NCBI GenBank assembly: GCA_934613415.1
Contig: CAKTSY010000005.1
Span: 60,001-92,000, forward strand
Direction: 5' to 3'
Length of the DNA: 32,000 bases
Source: an uncultured Opitutales bacterium
Lineage (GTDB): Bacteria > Verrucomicrobiota > Verrucomicrobiia > Opitutales > Intestinicryptomonadaceae
A program made the position numbers and the translations under genes. Positions 1 through 7,723 of the stretch are shown one piece after another. The notes beneath the pieces are model-generated. The model saw only the letters and a program-made list of their open reading frames with translations, was not told the origin of the DNA and did no database searches. Numbering within the stretch: position 1 is the stretch's first letter; each line of letters starts with the position of its first letter.

Positions 1-2
1 TA

Positions 3-299
3 ACAAAATCTATACGAGCCGCCCTAGATATTTGCGGCAGACGCCGAGCCCTGCAAAAAGAATATAACCTAAAGCACAACATAACGCCCAAAACGGTTTC
101 GCGCAAAATAGAAGCTTCGCTTGTAAAAGCCGAAAGCAAAAAACCCAACGCCAAGCTAGAAAAAATGGGCGTAAGCGAAAAGGCAGCCCTTATAGAAGAG
201 CTTAAAGCCGAAATGATGAAGGCAGCCCAAGAACTGAAATTCGAAAAGGCGGCCCTTATAAGAGACCAAATAAAGCTCATAAAAAAATCGCAAAAATAG
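3..299 (+). CDS. uvrB: Excinuclease ABC subunit B (UvrB), C-terminal fragment; the 5' end lies outside the window
   Basis: Frame 3 is open from the window edge to TAG at 297-299, and has no start codon so it is absent from the ORF track. My translation reads ...RRRALQKEYNLKHNITPKTVSRKIE...EELKAEMMKAAQELKFEKAALIRDQIKLIKKSQK. This matches the UvrB C-terminal region with the UVR motif (ELxFExAAxxRDxI). Confidence 0.85.
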   Translation, partial: TKSIRAALDICGRRRALQKEYNLKHNITPKTVSRKIEASLVKAESKKPNAKLEKMGVSEKAALIEELKAEMMKAAQELKFEKAALIRDQIKLIKKSQK

Positions 300-339
300 T
301 TCTTGATTTTTAAAAGAAAATCATCTTTTTTATCTGTAA

Positions 340-435
340 ATGGAAAAAACAGCGCACAGCATTAAACAGGAACGACAGACAACAAAGTTTGTTTCGCCCT
401 TCTTTTTTGCCTACTACTATTACTTCAAGAATTAA
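340..435 (+). CDS. Candidate leader peptide, 31 aa: MEKTAHSIKQERQTTKFVSPFFFAYYYYFKN
   Basis: ATG at 340, TAA at 433-435. Codons 400-426 read TTC TTT TTT GCC TAC TAC TAT TAC TTC, so 8 of 9 are Phe or Tyr. An attenuator-like RNA architecture follows immediately. There is no obvious Shine-Dalgarno sequence, but several well-supported genes here also lack one. It is below the 60-aa cutoff of the ORF track. Confidence 0.45.
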   Translation: MEKTAHSIKQERQTTKFVSPFFFAYYYYFKN

Positions 436-517
436 CAAAAGGTTCTCGAACTTAGGCGCATTTTTACACCACAACAATTTTAAAAAGCTCGGGAACAAAA
501 AAGCCCGGGCTTTTTTT
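424..517 (+). promoter_or_regulatory. Candidate transcription attenuator with alternative helices 1:2, 2:3 (antiterminator) and 3:4 (terminator)
   Basis: Pairings were done by hand. Helix 1:2 pairs 424-431 with 443-450 (7/8). Helix 2:3 pairs 442-453 with 485-496 (11/12, one G.U). Helix 3:4 pairs 486-493 with 504-511 (8/8, one G.U) and is followed by T7 at 511-517. Region 1 overlaps the last codons of the mini-ORF. The structure ends 26 nt before the ATG at 544. Confidence 0.5.
486..517 (+). terminator. Intrinsic terminator, the 3:4 helix of the candidate attenuator; also the only terminator-like element after uvrB
   Basis: AGCTCGGG - 10-nt loop - CCCGGGCT, followed by TTTTTTT. Confidence 0.55.
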
Positions 518-543
518 ATATAAAGAAAAACATACAACAAAAA

Positions 544-1542
544 ATGAATACAAAAGCAAAAGCATCTATAGAACAAATCCAACAAAAATGGGTTGGATAT
601 AGGGAAAACCTGAAAGTTCTCGACTGCACAATCCGCGACGGCGGCCTTATGAACGACAGCAATTTCGAAGACGCCATCGTTAAAGTCGTTTACGACACAA
701 TATGCGCAGCAGGCGTAGACTATATGGAATTCGGCTACAAGAATTCCGATAAAATCTACTCGAAAGACAAGTACGGTGCATGGCGCTTTTGCAAGGAAGA
801 CGACATCAAGCGAATTGTGGGCGACAAAGCCCCCAATTCGCCCAAGCTTTGCGCTATGGCAGACGCAGAAAAAAGCGAACGCAAAGACATTCTAAAAAAG
901 AAGGATAGCCCGCTTGATATGATTAGGGTTGCAACCTACATCTACCAAGTGCCCTTGGCGTTGGAAATGATTAAAGACGCACAAGACAAAGGCTACGAAA
1001 CAACGGTAAACCTTATGGCGGTTTCTACCGTAAGGGAACAGGAGCTAGACGACGCCCTTCAGCTTTTGTGCGCAAGCAAGCCCAATGCGATATATTTGGT
1101 AGACAGCTTCGGATCGCTATACGGCGAACAGATTGCGTACCTTCTAAAGAAATACTCTAAATTTGCGAAGCAATACGGAGTTGAAGTTGGCATACATGCC
1201 CACAACAACTTACAGCTGGCGTTTGCAAACACAATAGAAGGCATTATTAGGGGTGCTACTTTGCTAGACGCAACAATTGCTGGATTGGGCCGCGGGGCAG
1301 GCAACTGCCCGTTGGAAGCCCTGCTCGGTTTCCTTCATAACCCAAAATACAACATTCGCCCCGTGCTTGAATGTATAGAAAAACACATAGAGCCTTTAAG
1401 AAAGAAACTTGGCTGGGGCTACGACTACCCGTATATGATTACTGGGTTGTTAAACCGCCACCCGAGAGACGCTATGAAACTTTGCGAAACAGGACATCGC
1501 CATGAAATTGTAGATTTCTACGACTCAATGACAAGCCAATAG
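544..1542 (+). CDS. DRE-TIM metallolyase / HMGL-like (pyruvate carboxyltransferase domain) aldolase, substrate unknown
   Basis: 332-aa ORF with an ATG start. Motifs are LDCTIRDGG (metal-binding Asp) and VGIHAHNNLQLAFANT...AGLGRGAGNCPLE (HxH metal ligands). The pattern is as in the DmpG/MhpE-type and HMG-CoA-lyase-like family. No partner dehydrogenase gene is adjacent. Confidence 0.75.
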   Translation: MNTKAKASIEQIQQKWVGYRENLKVLDCTIRDGGLMNDSNFEDAIVKVVYDTICAAGVDYMEFGYKNSDKIYSKDKYGAWRFCKEDDIKRIVGDKAPNSPKLCAMADAEKSERKDILKKKDSPLDMIRVATYIYQVPLALEMIKDAQDKGYETTVNLMAVSTVREQELDDALQLLCASKPNAIYLVDSFGSLYGEQIAYLLKKYSKFAKQYGVEVGIHAHNNLQLAFANTIEGIIRGATLLDATIAGLGRGAGNCPLEALLGFLHNPKYNIRPVLECIEKHIEPLRKKLGWGYDYPYMITGLLNRHPRDAMKLCETGHRHEIVDFYDSMTSQ

Positions 1543-1552
1543 CAAACACAAA

Positions 1553-1576
1553 GCCCCGCAATTGCGGGGCTTTTTT
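1553..1576. terminator. Intrinsic terminator between convergent genes
   Basis: Perfect palindrome GCCCCGCAATTGCGGGGC followed by TTTTTT. It lies between the aldolase stop (1542) and the stop of the minus-strand GH gene (1602). The T-run is strong only for the + strand. Confidence 0.7.
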
Positions 1577-1601
1577 GCGCATAAAACAAAATTCTTTTAC
1601 T

Positions 1602-3731
1602 CTACTTTGCCAAACGCACATTATACATTTTTTCGCCTATTTGCTTAAAGACATATGTCAATTCGTTTTTCGGCGCATCGCAAATATCCACCAAGCCTAT
1701 GTTGTAGTTTTCGCCGTCGCTTCTGCCGCTAACGGGCTCGTTTGCGTATTGAAACCAGTGCGCCCCCACAATTTGAGGGTTTTTAACCGCACAACTTAGA
1801 TAGTTTTCCAGCATTTTTGCGCAGTCTGCCAACGAAGCTCCTTCTACCAACCCGCCGCCAAAAACCCCGCAGTCGGCGGAACCAAAATGAAATTCGCCGA
1901 TAATTACGGGCTTGTCGGGGCAGTCTTTCGGCAACGCAAAATCCGCCACACTTTTGCGGTATAAATTAAAGCTTACAACGTCGCAATATTTTGCGGCCGA
2001 CATTATAACCGTGTCGTTTACCCATTTAGCATCGTATGCAAAGCGGCAACCCATATATAAAACCTGCGGGTCTTGCGCCTTTATGGCAGTTTTGCAAACT
2101 TCAAAATATTTGTCGTAAAAAATGCTTTCAAACGCCAATAAATCGCTTTGCGAAACCTTTGTTTTCGGCACAAAATCGCGTTCGGATAAAAATTCGTTCC
2201 AATTTTTATAGTTGGCTGCCCACGCCTTGTTCAATGCCGAAATTGCGGCATATTTTTTCTTTAAAAACTCCATAAATGCAATTTTTGCGGGCTGCGTTTT
2301 GGGACACCCTAGCACAGCCTTTGGCAGCAAAAGTTCTTGCGACTGCCAAGGCAGCTCGTTGTCGAAAAACACGCCAAGGCAATAGGGAGATTTCATTAAG
2401 GCGGCATTGTTTTTACATTCGGTTAAAACCGCCTTTTCAAATTCCTTGTCAAAAAAGTCGCGCGGCTTCGACCAATAGCCTGTCAGCTCTGCGTTTGTGT
2501 CTAAAACTGCGCCCGCAGTAGTGGTAAGTATTAAAGCATATGGCATTTTCGCCTTTTGGGCTGTCTCGTAGCAGCTCCACGCGCCAAATGTATTCATATT
2601 CCAAGCCATAAGCCTTTTTCTTGCAACCGCCGCTTTCTTTGCTTTCGAACAATTGCCGTATTTTTTGGCAAAATTTTTGTCGTAAAAATTAAACTCGTCG
2701 TGAGGAGTGGCATATTCGCCCATTCCCCAATGGGCGGTATAAATATATTTTTTGTCGGAAATATCTTCAAAAAATGCTTCCCTATTTTTTATGGGGCTAG
2801 ACACATTAGCCCCTACGCAGTCTACGCCCAACGACCAAAACAAATTGCCTTTGGGTGTTATAAAAAACCATTTTCCGTTTATTTTTTCTGCTCTAAAGTG
2901 TTTCGAATTTCCGTAGTTTTTGCCCTTTATAACGCCAAAAAATTCGTCGAATTTATGCGGACTTTGCGCAATCCATTTAGAATATAAACTGTTTTCGGAG
3001 CTTGCGGCTTGTTTTAGCTGCTTGTCTTCAAAAATCTTACCGTTCCAGTTGCCGTGTTTAAATTGCCCGTATTTATCCACAAAAGGCAAAAATTCGCCGC
3101 TTTGCATTTGCGCCAAATCCATATTATATGCCAAAAAATCGGGGGCGTTGGGCAGCACTTTCATTGCCCGAAAACAATCCGTATTAAGCAAAATGCTGTC
3201 GGTGTCTAGCTTTATGCGGTCTACAGACAAATTATCTATTACTATTTTGGCAGATTCCATAGAAGTTATCGAAACCGTTGCCTTTATAAATTCTTTTGGG
3301 ACTGCAACCGCAACATTTACCGAAAGTTCTTCGTTTTCGGCTGTGCCAAAAACTTTTGTGCAAAGCCTTTTATTTTTGCCGCCCTCTGTTATGCCGTCTA
3401 CAACAAGAAAATTGCAGCCGTTTTTTATCCCCAAATTTTCAACCCTATATTTAAACGAAAATCTGTAGACATAGCCCGACGGCAAACCGTCTTTAAACAT
3501 ATTAACTGCCACAGGCCAGCCGCTTTGCCCAAGCGTGTTTAGCCTAAGCGAAGCGGAACCCTCTATAGCGTTTTTGCCGCCAACTTTCTCCTTTTTAGCG
3601 TTTGCAAAATCGGCACACGCAAACAATTTCGACGTTTTATAGTTTTCGAAGTCATCGAAAAGCACACGCTCTATATTGCCGGCAAAACATACCGCACTTA
3701 CAAAAAGAAACAATGTATAGATAATCTTCAT
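1602..3731 (-). CDS. Secreted clan GH-A type glycoside hydrolase, GH50 (beta-agarase-like) / GH42-like, with an N-terminal beta-sandwich (CBM-like) region
   Basis: 709 aa, ATG at 3731, signal peptide MKIIYTLFLFVSAVCFAG. FFDNELPW (candidate acid/base NE) and VIIGEFHFG (candidate nucleophile E) lie about 155 aa apart. They are followed by HWFQYANEPVSGRSDGENYNIGLVD. The family assignment comes from recalled motifs, not from a search. Confidence 0.6.
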   Translation of the reverse strand: MKIIYTLFLFVSAVCFAGNIERVLFDDFENYKTSKLFACADFANAKKEKVGGKNAIEGSASLRLNTLGQSGWPVAVNMFKDGLPSGYVYRFSFKYRVENLGIKNGCNFLVVDGITEGGKNKRLCTKVFGTAENEELSVNVAVAVPKEFIKATVSITSMESAKIVIDNLSVDRIKLDTDSILLNTDCFRAMKVLPNAPDFLAYNMDLAQMQSGEFLPFVDKYGQFKHGNWNGKIFEDKQLKQAASSENSLYSKWIAQSPHKFDEFFGVIKGKNYGNSKHFRAEKINGKWFFITPKGNLFWSLGVDCVGANVSSPIKNREAFFEDISDKKYIYTAHWGMGEYATPHDEFNFYDKNFAKKYGNCSKAKKAAVARKRLMAWNMNTFGAWSCYETAQKAKMPYALILTTTAGAVLDTNAELTGYWSKPRDFFDKEFEKAVLTECKNNAALMKSPYCLGVFFDNELPWQSQELLLPKAVLGCPKTQPAKIAFMEFLKKKYAAISALNKAWAANYKNWNEFLSERDFVPKTKVSQSDLLAFESIFYDKYFEVCKTAIKAQDPQVLYMGCRFAYDAKWVNDTVIMSAAKYCDVVSFNLYRKSVADFALPKDCPDKPVIIGEFHFGSADCGVFGGGLVEGASLADCAKMLENYLSCAVKNPQIVGAHWFQYANEPVSGRSDGENYNIGLVDICDAPKNELTYVFKQIGEKMYNVRLAK

Positions 3732-4032
3732 TTGCGCTTAAAACTAATAATTAAAAACAGCAAATGCAAAGCCAAAATTTGTAAGACTAAAAATGCCTGC
3801 GTTTTAATGGTTAATATCTGCCATACATTGTCTTACAACAAAACTCACAAAATAAATGCACCATACAAAGCACAAATTAAACATAAAAACAAAATGCTAC
3901 AAACGCACAAAAACACTCGCTATAAAAAAACAATCTTTCCTAAAATTTCAAAAAAAACATTACACAACAAGCACACGACCTAAAAAAAACAAACAACCTA
4001 CTAACATATAGCAGAACCCCTACCCATCATAC

Positions 4033-4089
4033 CGTATACCTCCCCCTAAGAAAGTCTATAAACTAAACGTACAATACCCCCCTAAGAAA
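4033..4089. repeat. Two ~21-nt imperfect direct repeats (CGTAyA..CCCCCTAAGAAA) inside a G-poor spacer
   Basis: CGTATACCTCCCCCTAAGAAA at 4033-4053 and CGTACAATACCCCCCTAAGAAA at 4068-4089. The shared core CCCCCTAAGAAA is at 4042-4053 and 4078-4089. On the minus strand they read TTTCTTAGGGGG, which is SD-like. Confidence 0.6.
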
Positions 4090-4128
4090 AACAATGCACG
4101 CCAAAAATCCACGCATTCATATAGGCAA

Positions 4129-4161
4129 CAAAAAAGCCCGATTTTTCAATCGGGCTTTTTT
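4129..4161 (-). terminator. Intrinsic, structurally bidirectional terminator downstream of the porin-like gene
   Basis: A-run, then GCCCGATT - TTTC - AATCGGGC, then TTTTTT. It lies 20 nt beyond the stop of the 4181-5368 minus-strand CDS. Confidence 0.8.
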
Positions 4162-4180
4162 GCGAAGTGTTTCTTTTAAA

Positions 4181-5368
4181 TTAGTATTTAACCGAAACGT
4201 CCAACGATACCAAGTGGCGGTTGTATGTTGCTGCCGCTACCGAAGAAGAGTTCATATAGTAGCTGTAGTTTGCGCCAACTGTGATGTATTTGCAGGGAGT
4301 GTATGTCAAGCCCATGCTTAGAGAATATTCGTCGTCTGTACGATCGCCATACGATTCATACTTCGAGTTTTCGTATCTTAACGAAGCATTTGCCGAAACA
4401 AATTCGGTTATTGCGTAGCGAGAACCCAAAACAACACCTGTGTTTACAATGTTCTGACGAGATGCACCGCTGTTGTAGTCTCTGTAGAAGTCGAGAGTTG
4501 CTACCAACTTTTCGGTTGCCTGATATGCCAAGTTGGCATTCATTGTAAAGTTCCAGTCGCTCGAATTGTCGGCAATAACAGCATTGTCCAACTGGCGGTG
4601 AGTTGCGCCAAAGTATAGGGAACCTATCAACTTTTCAAAGATTTCGCCGCGAACGTTTACACCGATAAAGTGGTCGTCACGAGCGTCGCCATACATAGCC
4701 GACCAAGGATCGCCACCCGAAAATGTTGTTCTACGATATTGGTAGGAAAGACCTGCATTGATCTTTTCGGTTACCTGATAGAGAATGTTCAAGGGAACGG
4801 AAATGCAGTTGTTGTCGGAATAGATGTTAGAGTATTCAAGGAAGTGCTGACGATAGTACCTGATGGACAATTCGCCGGTAATTTTGTCGGTGAACAAGTA
4901 GGTGTTCATTAAGCCGGCATTGTAGGTATCGTAGCGAACCTGGTCGCCAGGATTTCCACCCGCGCCCAACATGGTAGAGTTGTTTTGTTGCAACTGACTG
5001 TACGAGAAGTCTGCATCGCCACGGTAGCGTTCGTCTACATAGCTAACTTTTGCGATTACGTTTGCCAACTCGTTGTTCAAGTGCGACAAATTCGAATAGC
5101 GGTTGATGTCTTCAAAGAACTTTATGTTAGCCTTAACCTTGCTGTTCTTGCCGTAGTCTAATTCGGCACCCAAGCGAACAGTCAAAATATAGTCGTCTAC
5201 CTTGGGGCTGCTTGCAGCACCTGTGCCGAGATATACGTTGCTATCCCACTTGCCGATTACTGCGCCTTTGAAAAAGACGTCTACTTCATCGCCGATAGTT
5301 ACGAGAGGAGCCGCATTTGCGGACGCCGCCAAGCCTAATACGGCCATATACATTGCTATTTTTTTCAT
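4181..5368 (-). CDS. Outer-membrane beta-barrel protein (porin-like)
   Basis: 395 aa with signal peptide MKKIAMYMAVLGLAASANA. It shows alternating hydrophobic beta-strand periodicity with Y/G/N/D-rich turns, and the C-terminus ...HLVSLDVSVKY ends in an aromatic residue. An SD-like AAGGGA lies 9 nt upstream of the ATG. Codon usage looks like that of a highly expressed gene. Confidence 0.7.
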   Translation of the reverse strand: MKKIAMYMAVLGLAASANAAPLVTIGDEVDVFFKGAVIGKWDSNVYLGTGAASSPKVDDYILTVRLGAELDYGKNSKVKANIKFFEDINRYSNLSHLNNELANVIAKVSYVDERYRGDADFSYSQLQQNNSTMLGAGGNPGDQVRYDTYNAGLMNTYLFTDKITGELSIRYYRQHFLEYSNIYSDNNCISVPLNILYQVTEKINAGLSYQYRRTTFSGGDPWSAMYGDARDDHFIGVNVRGEIFEKLIGSLYFGATHRQLDNAVIADNSSDWNFTMNANLAYQATEKLVATLDFYRDYNSGASRQNIVNTGVVLGSRYAITEFVSANASLRYENSKYESYGDRTDDEYSLSMGLTYTPCKYITVGANYSYYMNSSSVAAATYNRHLVSLDVSVKY

Positions 5369-5485
5369 TCGATAATTCCCTTTAAGGTTATTGTTATTAT
5401 GAAATTTGTTGATAAAAGTGTTGTTAAAGCTTTGTTAAATCGGCAGTTATTGTCTTATTTTTTAGACCGTATTGTCAAGCGAAAT

Positions 5486-6286
5486 TTAAACTTTTATGCA
5501 TTTTACCGCATTTGCCTTGCAAACATAGTCTATATCCGAATCGTCTAAAATCATAAATGCGGTAGAAAATGCATCGGCCAAAAAGCCCGAAGAAGCCACT
5601 GCATATATAAATTCGGCGTCTTTTTTCGGAGCACAACCCGCCAAGGGGTCTATAATATGGTGCCCTTGCACCCTAATTCCCGAACCCGCCAAAGCTTGGC
5701 CGTCTTTTAAAACAAAGTTTTTGTCTTCGCTGTTTAAAAGAACTTTCCAGCCGTCCAACCCTTCGCAAGCCCCTATTGCCAGCATTGTGCTAGAGCCAAA
5801 ATCTATAAGCGCGTTTTCTATAGACCACTCGTCTTTTAAAAGTTCTGCAATTTTATCTACCGCATAGCCTTTGCCCACCGCGCCAAAATCCAAACAGCCC
5901 TCGCTTGTTTTTTGGGCAATAAAATTATAGTCGTCTATCTTAAGGGTAATTCTGGAAGGTTTCGCGTATTTCGTCTGGTTTTTTGCGTTTGTAAAAAATT
6001 GCCCCATACAAACATCTACTGCCCCCAAAGTTTTTTCGTATACTTGCCCCGAAAGCGCGAGGCATTCGGTGGAATATTCGCCCAACCTAACATAGTCGCC
6101 AACTTTTGCGTTGTTTATCGCGTAAATATCGGAGCCTGCCTTATACATACTAATTTGCTCTTCTATGCGCTCGGCCAAAAAGAATGCGGCTTGCGCCGCG
6201 CTTTCGGCATATTTGTGCGAATCTGCGCAAATAGTCAAAACCAAACTGGTATTCATTAAATCTTTGTCGAAATTATAGGAAGGCAT
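5486..6286 (-). CDS. apbE: FAD:protein FMN transferase (ApbE family), with no signal peptide
   Basis: 266 aa. ApbE motifs are LDFGAVGKGYAVDK, LAGSGIRVQGHHIIDPLAG and ADAFSTAFMIL. An in-frame stop (6290-6292) lies one codon upstream of the ATG, so no N-terminal extension is possible. Confidence 0.8.
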   Translation of the reverse strand: MPSYNFDKDLMNTSLVLTICADSHKYAESAAQAAFFLAERIEEQISMYKAGSDIYAINNAKVGDYVRLGEYSTECLALSGQVYEKTLGAVDVCMGQFFTNAKNQTKYAKPSRITLKIDDYNFIAQKTSEGCLDFGAVGKGYAVDKIAELLKDEWSIENALIDFGSSTMLAIGACEGLDGWKVLLNSEDKNFVLKDGQALAGSGIRVQGHHIIDPLAGCAPKKDAEFIYAVASSGFLADAFSTAFMILDDSDIDYVCKANAVKCIKV

Positions 6287-6314
6287 ATATTAAGCACCCA
6301 TAAAATCACGGACA

Positions 6315-6349
6315 CAAAAAAACCGCAAACATAAAATTATGCCTGCGGC
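6315..6349 (-). terminator. Probable terminator after tRNA-Phe
   Basis: The minus strand reads GCCGCAGGCAT-AATTTT-ATGTTTGCGG followed by TTTTTTT. The stem has two mismatches. Confidence 0.5.
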
Positions 6350-6360
6350 TAAAACCGAGA

Positions 6361-6436
6361 TGGTGGTCAGGGGCGGAATCGAACCGCCGACACAAGGATT
6401 TTCAGTCCTCCGCTCTACCGACTGAGCTACCTAACC
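6361..6436 (-). tRNA. tRNA-Phe (anticodon GAA), CCA encoded
   Basis: A 76-nt cloverleaf was folded by hand from GGTTAGGTAGCTCAGTCGGTAGAGCGGAGGACTGAAAATCCTTGTGTCGGCGGTTCGATTCCGCCCCTGACCACCA. The acceptor stem is 7 bp (one G.U). The D arm is GCTC/GAGC, the anticodon loop is CTGAAAA, and the T arm is GGCGG-TTCGATT-CCGCC. Confidence 0.95.
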
Positions 6437-6601
6437 GTTCTCTCAATTAAAGTTGCCCATTCTCCATATTCGTTTTATTTAGTCAATACAAAAAATAAAT
6501 TTTTTGAAATTATTTTTTTATGCCGTTATTATCTATGGCAAAATTAGGTTTGTTTTATGTTTGACCAAACACCCACCAAGGGGGCTAATATCTCATTTGT
6601 T

Positions 6602-7162
6602 ATGATTCGTATTCTACAAATTTTTATTGCGGCAATATTTGCAGTGCTTACGGCTTCGTGCAACGCTACAAAACAAGCAAACGCCCCTGCCGCACAAAAT
6701 ATAGCAAAAACTACCACAACCGACAACATAACAGGCTATTGGACAATTCCCGACCCCGACACAAAAAAGCCCGACGCCATTGTTATAGGCTACAAAAAAG
6801 ACGGCGTTTACTATTATAGAATGGTTGCCGTTTACGACGATTCGGGCAAGCTTACCGACACAATAGCCAACTGCACGCAGAGGGCAAAAGGCATAAAGGG
6901 CAATCCTAAAATGTGCGATTTTGATATGATTTGGGGCTTAAAATTCGACGGCAAAAAATATTCGAATGGACACATAATAGACCCCGATTCGGGCAAAATA
7001 TACAACTGCCAAGTTTGGTACGACGAGGCCACGCAAAACCTTATAGTGCGCGGCGAGCTTTGGATATTCGGCGAAAATATGGACTGGCATAAGCCCGAAA
7101 GTATTCCCGAATCAGCCAAAGTCAACCCATCGAAATTAAGCCCAAAAATTTTCGAAAAATAA
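6602..7162 (+). CDS. DUF2147-family lipoprotein
   Basis: The ORF is open from ATG 6557. The internal ATG at 6602 gives MIRILQIFIAAIFAVLTASC, a lipoprotein-type signal with Cys. The body (GYWTIPD..., IIDPDSGKIYNCQVWYDE..LIVRGELWIFGENMDW) matches the recalled DUF2147 pattern. The start choice is uncertain. Confidence 0.7.
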   Translation: MIRILQIFIAAIFAVLTASCNATKQANAPAAQNIAKTTTTDNITGYWTIPDPDTKKPDAIVIGYKKDGVYYYRMVAVYDDSGKLTDTIANCTQRAKGIKGNPKMCDFDMIWGLKFDGKKYSNGHIIDPDSGKIYNCQVWYDEATQNLIVRGELWIFGENMDWHKPESIPESAKVNPSKLSPKIFEK

Positions 7163-7165
7163 AAA

Positions 7166-7663
7166 ATGCTTACATTTAAAACCGCAACTGTTGCCGACAT
7201 AAAAACAATACAAAGCGTTGCCTACCCCGCCTTTACCGACGCATACCTAAACATATTAACGCCCGAACAAACGGCTTATATGCTAGATATGATGTATTCC
7301 GAAAAATCTCTTACCGAACAGATGCAAAACGGACACGTTTTCTTTATAGCTTTCGACGGCGAAAAGCCCTGCGGCTATGTCTCGGTAGAAAAGCAAGGCG
7401 AACATCTTTTTTATCTGCAAAAAATATATCTATTAAAAGAATGCCGCGGCAAAGGCTTTGGCAAAATTCTTTTTGAAAAGGCGCAAAGCTACGCCCTAAG
7501 CCAATGCAGCGGCGAATGCGTTATGGAGTTAAACGTAAACCGCAACAACAAGGCATTGGAATTCTACAAAAAAATGGGTATGCACATTGCCGAAAGCGGC
7601 GACTTTAACATAGGCGGCGGCTTTTATATGAACGACTATATTATGCGCAAAAAACTGCGCTAA
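7166..7663 (+). CDS. GNAT-family N-acetyltransferase
   Basis: 165 aa. The acetyl-CoA binding motif is LLKECRGKGFGKILFEKA (R/QxxGxG/A). It starts 3 nt after the upstream stop, so it is probably co-transcribed. Confidence 0.8.
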   Translation: MLTFKTATVADIKTIQSVAYPAFTDAYLNILTPEQTAYMLDMMYSEKSLTEQMQNGHVFFIAFDGEKPCGYVSVEKQGEHLFYLQKIYLLKECRGKGFGKILFEKAQSYALSQCSGECVMELNVNRNNKALEFYKKMGMHIAESGDFNIGGGFYMNDYIMRKKLR

Positions 7664-7672
7664 AAATTTCAC

Positions 7673-7708
7673 AAAAAAAGGCGCAATTTACTACGTTGCG
7701 CCCTTTTT
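7673..7708. terminator. Bidirectional intrinsic terminator between convergent genes
   Basis: AAAAAAA GGCGCAA - 9-nt loop - TTGCGCC CTTTTT. Confidence 0.7.
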
Positions 7709-7723
7709 GCATTTGCTAAAAAA

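Noticed and set aside
310-585. A 91-aa minus-strand ORF spanning the uvrB-aldolase gap
   Set aside because: It is a Cys/Phe/Leu-rich compositional artefact of the A-rich + strand. It overlaps the aldolase start and the terminator hairpin. The + strand leader/attenuator reading explains this region better.
3732-3983. An 83-aa + strand ORF (MRLKLIIKNSKCKAKICKTKN...)
   Set aside because: It is K/N/T/H-rich simply because the region is about 55% A and nearly G-free. It has no SD and no motifs, and it would be transcribed towards the 3' end of a convergent gene.
4000-4090. G-quadruplex potential of the minus-strand G-runs (GGGGGG, GGGGGAGG, GGG, GGGG)
   Set aside because: The first run is over 30 nt from the others, and only three closely spaced G3+ runs remain. 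This does not meet the canonical four-run motif.
6287-6556. tRNA-Phe as an integration hotspot or genomic-island boundary
   Set aside because: No integrase is nearby. I found no second copy of the tRNA 3' end (att-like repeat) by eye anywhere in the window. The flanking genes look like ordinary chromosomal genes.
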